The translations under genes were made by a program, and so were the position numbers. From an uncultured Gammaproteobacteria bacterium (lineage in GTDB: Bacteria; Patescibacteriota; Patescibacteriia; Patescibacteriales; UBA12465): DNA of 24,000 bases. The notes beneath the pieces were generated by a model. It had not been told where the DNA came from. It saw only the letters and a program-made list of their open reading frames with translations, and did no database searches. The stretch is from positions 1-24,000 of the forward strand of contig CAZYNT010000010.1 of NCBI GenBank assembly GCA_964648205.1, written 5' to 3'. Shown piece after piece: positions 8,386 to 13,126 of the stretch (the first letter of the stretch is position 1; each line of letters starts with the position of its first letter).

Positions 8386-8404
8386 GAACATTTTTCGCCG
8401 TGTT

Positions 8405-8989
8405 TTATTCGGGGCTAGCTTCAAAATCACCCTCGTACTCGTAGTGTTCGAGTACTTGAAATGATTTTTCTACGCCGATGACATCAGCGATGCCATTAAT
8501 GTGATTAAAAATTATATCCTCTTTGTCGGGAGCGAGGATAATCTCCCCCTTAAGAGTCCGAACTTTCAGCACGGTTCGCTCCTTTTTATAGTACCCGTGA
8601 TTGCAGGTACCATATTCCTCAAATTTCCAGCACCCCATTCCGTCACAGCGGGAATGGTATTCGGAAATTTTGGAAACAAATCTCTCCCTGAGAAGAGACA
8701 CCATCCGATCGCCTCTTCCTTCGGCGACTTTTTCCAACCGCTCCAGGTTGATAATTTCCCTGTCGCGAGAAGAAATTATTTCTTTAAAAGAGGTAACTTC
8801 TTTGAACATGACCTGGAAAATCCAGGTCCAAAAAACTGAGAAGGTGGTCCATAATGCCGCCATTCCCAATTCCGACCAGGACGGGTGCTCGGTTGGTGCA
8901 CACCTCATCCAAAGGAATACTGATATCCACCACATGCACATGATTGCGATGATGGTGTTGGTTGTTCTTTTTGTTTTCATTTTTTTCAT
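8405..8989 (-). CDS. Hypothetical membrane protein with a Cys/His cluster
   Basis: 194-aa ORF with two N-terminal hydrophobic helices (IIAIMCMWWISVFLWM and LGMAALWTTFSVFWTWIFQVMF). The soluble C-terminal domain contains CDGMGCWKFEEYGTCNH. No Shine-Dalgarno is obvious. Confidence 0.55.
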   Translation of the reverse strand: MKKMKTKRTTNTIIAIMCMWWISVFLWMRCAPTEHPSWSELGMAALWTTFSVFWTWIFQVMFKEVTSFKEIISSRDREIINLERLEKVAEGRGDRMVSLLRERFVSKISEYHSRCDGMGCWKFEEYGTCNHGYYKKERTVLKVRTLKGEIILAPDKEDIIFNHINGIADVIGVEKSFQVLEHYEYEGDFEASPE

Positions 8990-8998
8990 TTTTTTCAG

Positions 8999-9051
8999 TT
9001 TAAAGGTTTATCCAATACACCAAATTCTGATGCGCTAAATAAACCTTTAAA
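8999..9051 (-). promoter_or_regulatory. Perfect 13-bp inverted repeat immediately 5' of the 194-aa gene start
   Basis: tttaaaggtttat (8999-9011) is the exact reverse complement of ataaacctttaaa (9039-9051). The spacer is 27 nt, and the repeat ends 9 nt before the ATG at 8989. Confidence 0.5.
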
Positions 9052-9076
9052 TCGTAAAAATGAAAACTTCTTCTCT

Positions 9077-9140
9077 AAAAACATAATTTAAAATTATGTT
9101 TTTGGAAAAGAAGCGAACTGGATGAACAACCAGTTCGCTT
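9077..9140 (-). terminator. Junction module B: GC hairpin with UGUUCAU loop plus perfect AU palindrome, downstream of the 350-aa gene
   Basis: Minus sense reads AAGCGAACUGG-UUGUUCAU-CCAGUUCGCUU (9111-9140), then CUUUUCC. Next is a 13-bp perfect palindrome AAAAACAUAAUUU/AAAUUAUGUUUUU (9077-9103), followed by AGAGAAGAAG, which can pair back to the CUUUUC tract. The stem differs from module A by a compensated C-G to U-A change. Confidence 0.6.
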
Positions 9141-9156
9141 TTTAAACTTTAATTAA

Positions 9157-9221
9157 TTTTTTTATCCATCTGAATTTCGCTCTTAGGATTTATAGCGCTC
9201 AATTTCATGTCGAGAGAAGAT
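9157..9221. repeat. Conserved intergenic element, copy 2 (partner at 4772-4847)
   Basis: See copy 1. The central palindrome here is AGCGCT (9194-9199), where copy 1 has GGGCGCCC. The element begins ~15 nt after the stop of the 350-aa gene. Confidence 0.6.
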
Positions 9222-9236
9222 AGTGTCCATAATTCC

Positions 9237-10289
9237 CTACCTGGTGAATCCAGGCACAGAAACTATCTGGCCGTTCTCGCGGATGACCGCGGGGTGGCCA
9301 GTTGCCGGCGCGACCACGTCGGGACGGGCGCCGCCCAAGGCAGTCAGCAACATTCCGCTGACCACCAAAAACTTACCCGGTTGCGGCGCTGGCAGCCCGG
9401 TGACTTCACCGAACTTCTGTTCGGTGATGCCGTCGCCGTCGAAATCGGCAAACGACGCGGCCACGCGGGGAGCAGGGGCGGCGGGAATAAGGACCCGCCC
9501 ATCGTTAAGCCGCAGCATGTGCGGCGTCAGATTGACAAATTTTTCACCCAATGCGAACCGGGTGAAAAATTCTGCCTCAGTCTGGTTAGGGTAACCGCCC
9601 CAGTAGGCGGAGCCACCCGACTTGCCGAGACCGGAACCGCCGTTCCAGCCTTCGAACTTTTCTTTAAGGACAGCGCACAATTGTCCGTCCCCATAAAAAT
9701 TCACCTCCCCGTCGCCGGAGAGGACCAGGAGCTGGTCGTACTGACCGAATAAACGGTCAGTGACGGTTGCTGACTTGCTGTGCGAAAGGCGCACGATCGT
9801 CAGGCGACCGACGATTTCGCGACTGGCAATCGCGATTTCAGCGGCCGCTTCCTGCTCGGACGTAATACCCTGAGCGGAACGGTCGGCCAAGCGAACCTCA
9901 GCTACTTCCTCGGGCGTGACGTCCATTGCCATCATCGCCGGAATGTAGCCGCTGTCGTTGGCGGCGATGAGCTGCTGATAGCGGTTCGGCTCCAGGCCGA
10001 GCAGGTTCAACACCTGCAGGATGGAGGCCGGTTCCGCGGCTCGGTCGCCATGATGGTCGACCAGAATGACTCCTTCCGGCAGGTCGATGTCCTTGGTCAG
10101 CTCGACCAGAACCGGGACCTTGCCTGCGCTTGCCGCTTCAGCAATTTCAGTGGCATAGGCGGAGGCCGCGGCGCCCCAGCCCAAGTTATTATTTCTGACT
10201 TCGGCGCCGGTCACTGCCAGCACCTGAGCGATTTCGGTCATCTCGGCATCGCGTCCGCCGAGGAAAAATACAAAATTTTTCTTATTCAT
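9237..10289 (-). CDS. Hypothetical protein, strongly GC-enriched (350 aa from the preferred start)
   Basis: Track ORF 9237..10358. I prefer the ATG at 10289 (MNKKNFVFFLGGRDAEM), but the start is ambiguous. Hand counts of 60-nt lines give ~62-65% GC against ~32-42% in the right-hand genes. Three long spurious ORFs overlap it in other frames, as expected for stop-poor GC-rich DNA. Motifs seen are LVDHHG and DFDGDG. Confidence 0.6.
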   Translation of the reverse strand: MNKKNFVFFLGGRDAEMTEIAQVLAVTGAEVRNNNLGWGAAASAYATEIAEAASAGKVPVLVELTKDIDLPEGVILVDHHGDRAAEPASILQVLNLLGLEPNRYQQLIAANDSGYIPAMMAMDVTPEEVAEVRLADRSAQGITSEQEAAAEIAIASREIVGRLTIVRLSHSKSATVTDRLFGQYDQLLVLSGDGEVNFYGDGQLCAVLKEKFEGWNGGSGLGKSGGSAYWGGYPNQTEAEFFTRFALGEKFVNLTPHMLRLNDGRVLIPAAPAPRVAASFADFDGDGITEQKFGEVTGLPAPQPGKFLVVSGMLLTALGGARPDVVAPATGHPAVIRENGQIVSVPGFTR

Positions 10290-10418
10290 TTTTATTGCCG
10301 CTCTTAACGGCTTTTGTTTCCTCCGAAGTGACATTACCCGGATTATCCTGAGGCTCATCTTTTAAAATGAAACACAAAATAATCCGAACAATAGGCTTAA
10401 GTTAAAAATGAAAACAAA

Positions 10419-10480
10419 TTCGCTTTCGTCTTGCCGAAATAATCGGAAGACTCATCAGCCCGTCTGAGACGAGGAGCAAA
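10419..10480 (-). ncRNA. Hammerhead ribozyme, type III topology (candidate)
   Basis: Minus sense reads UUUGCU C CUCGUC-UCA-GACGGG CUGAUGA GUCUUCCGA-UUAUU-UCGGCAAGAC GAA AGCGAA. The CUGAUGA core is present, G10.1/C11.1 close stem II, and GAA, A15.1:U16.1 and C17 are in place. All three stems form; I and II are closed and III is open. The G.U pairs are consistent only with the minus strand. Confidence 0.75.
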
Positions 10481-10481
10481 A

Positions 10482-10506
10482 GGGGCAAGATTGAACGGCT
10501 TGCCCC
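10482..10506 (-). terminator. Junction module D hairpin (CGUUCAA-type loop) abutting the hammerhead; terminator function doubtful
   Basis: Minus sense reads GGGGCAAG-CCGUUCAAU-CUUGCCCC. The following UUUU is part of hammerhead stem III. The hairpin lies 140 nt downstream of the 78-aa gene stop. Confidence 0.4.
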
Positions 10507-10646
10507 CCGAACTTCCCGATGGCTAACGCCAAATCCTTTTCGAGAGAAAGGAACCCACTATTTTTTCTCCAACCGTAAGGGAATTTTATATTGGCTGGGT
10601 TTCATTCCCGGTTAATGCAGATTAGTGACTGCTCCCGGTTTTCAGT

Positions 10647-10883
10647 TCAAAGCGAGAAATCTTCGTAGAAGATTTCTACCTTTTTACCTTCTCTGATAAA
10701 GAGGGTGCCGCCATAAGAACTCCAACCATTCCCTTGGCGCACCTCTTCGTGACCAATGTCGATTTTAACAACATTGGTCACAACCTTACCCTTAAGAGTA
10801 AGGTTGAAGGTGATTGAACTAATCCAGCTCTCGATCGCCAGGCTAGAGGCGTCGAGGCCGAAGTTTTTTGCTAAACTAGCCAT
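10647..10883 (-). CDS. Small hypothetical protein (78 aa)
   Basis: ORF with ATG at 10883 preceded by GAGG about 9 nt upstream. The sequence looks beta-rich and I recognise no family. Confidence 0.5.
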   Translation of the reverse strand: MASLAKNFGLDASSLAIESWISSITFNLTLKGKVVTNVVKIDIGHEEVRQGNGWSSYGGTLFIREGKKVEIFYEDFSL

Positions 10884-10888
10884 AACTT

Positions 10889-10935
10889 AAGCCTCAAGGA
10901 TGCTGCGTTCATAAATCGCTTCATCTTTAAGGCCT
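10889..10935 (-). promoter_or_regulatory. 5'-UTR hairpin sequestering the Shine-Dalgarno of the 78-aa gene
   Basis: Minus-sense AGGCCUUAA (10927-10935) pairs with UUGAGGCUU (10889-10897) over 9 bp, including two G.U pairs that are mismatches on the plus strand. The 29-nt spacer has inner GAUG/CAUC and GCG/CGC pairs. The 3' arm contains the GAGG Shine-Dalgarno and ends 5 nt before the AUG. Confidence 0.5.
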
Positions 10936-10989
10936 ATATATATCTAATTTAACTAATTTTTTAAACTAATTAATTTCGATTATTAAATT

Positions 10990-11633
10990 TTTAAAGTCCT
11001 TTCCCCTCCCGATACTCAGGTCCTGATCTATTTCGAGGAAATTTCCGGGCCCCAAACTTGTTCAAGGTTTGAGACTTCGGCCGATCTCCTCGTAAGAGAC
11101 GGTCGCGATAGCCGCTGTTCACTGATCCTTTTCTCCTTGCGGAAATACGGACACAAATTACTAGGATCGCCTGCGCCTTCGGATACGGTTTGCGACGTAC
11201 CCTCCGGATCGGCTCGACTAAACGCTGATTCTAACTGTTTAAGTTAGAAGCAAACGATAGGCGTTTTGCTAATCTCGGGACATGGACTCTCTCCCGGCTC
11301 ATTTTTTGAACCAATGGCTGTCCATTTCAATCTCCTAAAATCGGCAGTAAACGCTATTATTTTTATAATGTACTAAGAAATAATTTAACCGTTATTTCTT
11401 CGGCTGAGCTTGCGCTCCTTATCCGCAGGGCGGATAGTGATGAAGAGGAGCTACCGACAGTCTTGATAGGAATCTGTTAAAGCGGCATGGGTGATCACTT
11501 TAAACTTCATATTCGATTTTCCTGATAACTGTCATTTTTTATAGAACCGCAAATAAGTTTATTATGACTTTTTCGCAGTATCTAACTCTCTCCACTTCAT
11601 TACTATTCGTCTTGCTTTAGCGCCATTGGCACC
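10990..11633 (-). ncRNA. Structured non-coding region of unknown class (one or more RNAs; boundaries and strand tentative)
   Basis: No ORF of 60 aa or more. There are many GC-rich local helices in an AT-rich context. Examples are 11420-11436 (UAUCCGC/GCGGAUA) nested in 11414-11419/11446-11451, 11375-11400 (9-bp stem), 11232-11248 (TTCTAACT/AGTTAGAA) nested in AAACGC/GCGTTT, and 11276-11296 (CGGGA/UCCCG). Confidence 0.3.
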
Positions 11634-11658
11634 AAAAAAACTCTTCCGAGGAAAGAGT
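11634..11658 (-). terminator. Rho-independent terminator (minus strand)
   Basis: Minus sense reads ACUCUUU-CCUCG-GAAGAGU, a 7-bp stem including one U.G pair, followed directly by UUUUUUU (plus-strand a-run at 11634-11640). Confidence 0.6.
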
Positions 11659-12027
11659 TGTTATTATGATTAGGCGCGATAACAATTAAATGTAAATATT
11701 TGGCCGCTTAATCTAATGGCTCTCTCCTTCCATTAATTAATTTATTTTATTGTAATGTTCTGTCTCGCTAGGCCGAATTTTATCGGCGTCTTATCGGAGA
11801 CTGGGTCTTCCTCATCTTTCTTGATGAGAAGTGGCCGCTCGCCGCTAAGGCGTTTCCTGTCTATACCCTTCGAATTGGACCGACACCATGCTCTCTCCGT
11901 CATAATGTCCGCCACTCTAATTCAGCTAAGTATAGAATCAAGAAGTGTTTGACTTTCTATTGAATGTTTTATTGAATGAACTTTTGGATATTTCCGAATT
12001 TCTCTTTGGCCTTCTCTCACTTTCGAT
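11634..12027 (-). ncRNA. Candidate ~390-nt ncRNA bounded by a promoter and a terminator, with GGAGAGAG-loop hairpins
   Basis: The region lies between the minus-strand promoter (12034-12062) and the terminator (11634-11658), with no credible ORF. Hairpin 11884-11907 is CAUUAUG-ACGGAGAGAG-CAUGGUG, with two U.G pairs valid only on the minus strand. Hairpin 11714-11735 is UAAUGG-AAGGAGAGAG-CCAUUA. Other helices include CUUCUCAUC/GAUGAGGAAG and GCCGA/UCGGC, and AGUGGC/GCCACU encloses a domain. Confidence 0.4.
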
Positions 12028-12033
12028 ACTGAC

Positions 12034-12062
12034 AGTTTAGCACCCTTTGACAACTTTGTCAA
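12034..12062 (-). promoter_or_regulatory. Candidate sigma70-type promoter facing the non-coding region, embedded in the palindrome TTGACAA-CT-TTGTCAA
   Basis: On the minus strand: -35 TTGACA (12057-12062), a 17-nt spacer, then -10 TAAACT (12034-12039). The palindrome at 12047-12062 also yields a plus-strand TTGACA. Confidence 0.4.
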
Positions 12063-12158
12063 TACTAATTAATACATTTCTCAGTAATTGTTAGTAAAAT
12101 ACAAGACAGCACTGCATAAAATATGCGTATTTATTTATTAATTTTGTCATTATTAAAA

Positions 12159-12187
12159 TTGACACTTATCTTTTGTTTTGCTATAAT
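12159..12187 (+). promoter_or_regulatory. Consensus sigma70-type promoter for the TrmB-like gene
   Basis: TTGACA (12159-12164), an exactly 17-nt spacer, then TATAAT (12182-12187), about 88 nt upstream of the ATG at 12275. Confidence 0.6.
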
Positions 12188-12274
12188 AGAGATATAAATA
12201 AGGAATCTGCTTAACGACTAATAAAATAAAAACTTATTTTTGTAAAGTTATCCACAACCCATATTTACAAATAT

Positions 12275-13126
12275 ATGAACGAAAAAATACTTTTAGGCCT
12301 TGGCCTAACTAAAGTCCAGGCCGAAATTCTAACCTGCCTTTTGCAAAACGGCCCCCAAAAAGCCAGCAACATCGCCAACATAACAAAAAGACCTCGAGGC
12401 GTTGCCTATAAGGGTCTTGAAGAATTGATTGATTTAGACTTGGCTATAAAAAAAGAGAGCAAGCTTGGCGTGGCTTTATTTACAGCCGAACACCCTTCTA
12501 ACCTGGAAAAAGTTCTTGAGCGGCGCGAAAAGGAACTGGATAAAACCAAGAAAGAATTCGCCGCTTCCCTGCCGGATCTGGTTTCCGCCTATAACCTGGT
12601 CAGCAATAAGCCGGGAGTCAGATTCTACGAAGGCGAGGAGGGGATTAAAAAAGTTTTGGAAGATACCTTGCTCAGTAACCCCGACAAAAAGCTTTATACT
12701 TTTTCCGATGTGGCTAGCTATGCGACTTATCTTAGCGATTGGAACACAAGCTACTATGCTCCACAAAGAAAAAAGCTCGGCGTTTTTGAGAAAGTTATTA
12801 TCCCCGATAACGCTCGAGCCCTGGAATATATGAAAGATTATAAGTCTAATGAAGTAACGGATATTTTATTTATTGACCATAAAGCCTACCCTTTCGCGAC
12901 TGAAATAAATATTTATAACAACAAAGTTTCTTTCGTGACCTTCGCTCCCGATTTTATGGTCGGCGTAATCGTTGAAAATAAAGAAATATATAAAACCTTG
13001 CTTTCTATTTTTAATTTCATGTGGCAATTCTGCAAACAAAATTTACAAAATTCCCAACCCGCTTGGCTAAAAAGACAAACCACCCCGTCATTACCGGCTG
13101 CCGGCTCAAGCGACCAGTCAGTTTAA
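12275..13126 (+). CDS. TrmB-family winged-helix transcriptional regulator
   Basis: The N-terminus LGLTKVQAEILTCLLQNGPQKASNIANITKRPRGVAYKGLEELIDLDLA matches the TrmB-type HTH pattern. A ~200-aa C-terminal domain follows. The stop codon overlaps the stop of the convergent giant gene. Confidence 0.65.
   Translation: MNEKILLGLGLTKVQAEILTCLLQNGPQKASNIANITKRPRGVAYKGLEELIDLDLAIKKESKLGVALFTAEHPSNLEKVLERREKELDKTKKEFAASLPDLVSAYNLVSNKPGVRFYEGEEGIKKVLEDTLLSNPDKKLYTFSDVASYATYLSDWNTSYYAPQRKKLGVFEKVIIPDNARALEYMKDYKSNEVTDILFIDHKAYPFATEINIYNNKVSFVTFAPDFMVGVIVENKEIYKTLLSIFNFMWQFCKQNLQNSQPAWLKRQTTPSLPAAGSSDQSV

Noticed and set aside
9207-10307. Plus-strand ORFs 9207..9752, 9223..9594 and 9780..10307.
   Set aside because: They overlap each other and the longer minus-strand ORF in a ~62-65% GC segment where stop codons are rare. 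Their Arg/Gly/Ala-rich composition is typical of antisense reading. The apparent conserved MSRED start of 9207 is part of the duplicated intergenic element, and similarity to the other copy ends after 5 codons.
4015-10506. Idea that the repeated hairpins are integron attC sites marking gene cassettes.
   Set aside because: No intI-type integrase or attI is in the window. The conserved GTTCA lies in the loop, not at the hairpin base where the attC R'/R'' boxes (GTTRRRY/RYYYAAC) sit. The genes also appear to have their own upstream signals.
11250-11262. tmRNA-like tag start GCAAACGAUAGG, preceded by GGCUCGAC.
   Set aside because: The reading frame gives ANDRRFANLGTW..., with no Ala-Ala stop ending. 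There is no GGGG...CCACCA acceptor pairing and no T-arm (GGUUCGAAUCC-like) nearby.
11035-11302. RNase P RNA-like matches on the plus strand, in the expected order: GAGGAAAUUUCCGGGC (cf. CR-I GAGGAAAGUCCGGGC), CGUAAGAGACGG (cf. GGUAAGAGCGCACC) and CCCGGCUCAU (cf. CCCGGCUUAU).
   Set aside because: The near-universal GGAAAGUCC is not present. The P4 helix cannot form: after CCGG/CCGG the partners are U versus C instead of G-C, A-U, A-U. The span (~270 nt) is also too short. GGAAATTTCC is simply a local palindrome.
11755-11952. The 65-aa plus-strand ORF, the only track ORF in the 1.39 kb gap. Also the tiny minus-strand ORFs after GGAGAGAG (MSRD and MVSVQFEGYRQETP).
   Set aside because: The 65-aa ORF has no RBS and a Ser/Arg/Leu-rich composition, and it runs across predicted helices. 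The mini-ORF AUGs are themselves part of hairpin stems, so the SD-AUG spacing is probably incidental. They cannot be excluded without ribosome profiling.
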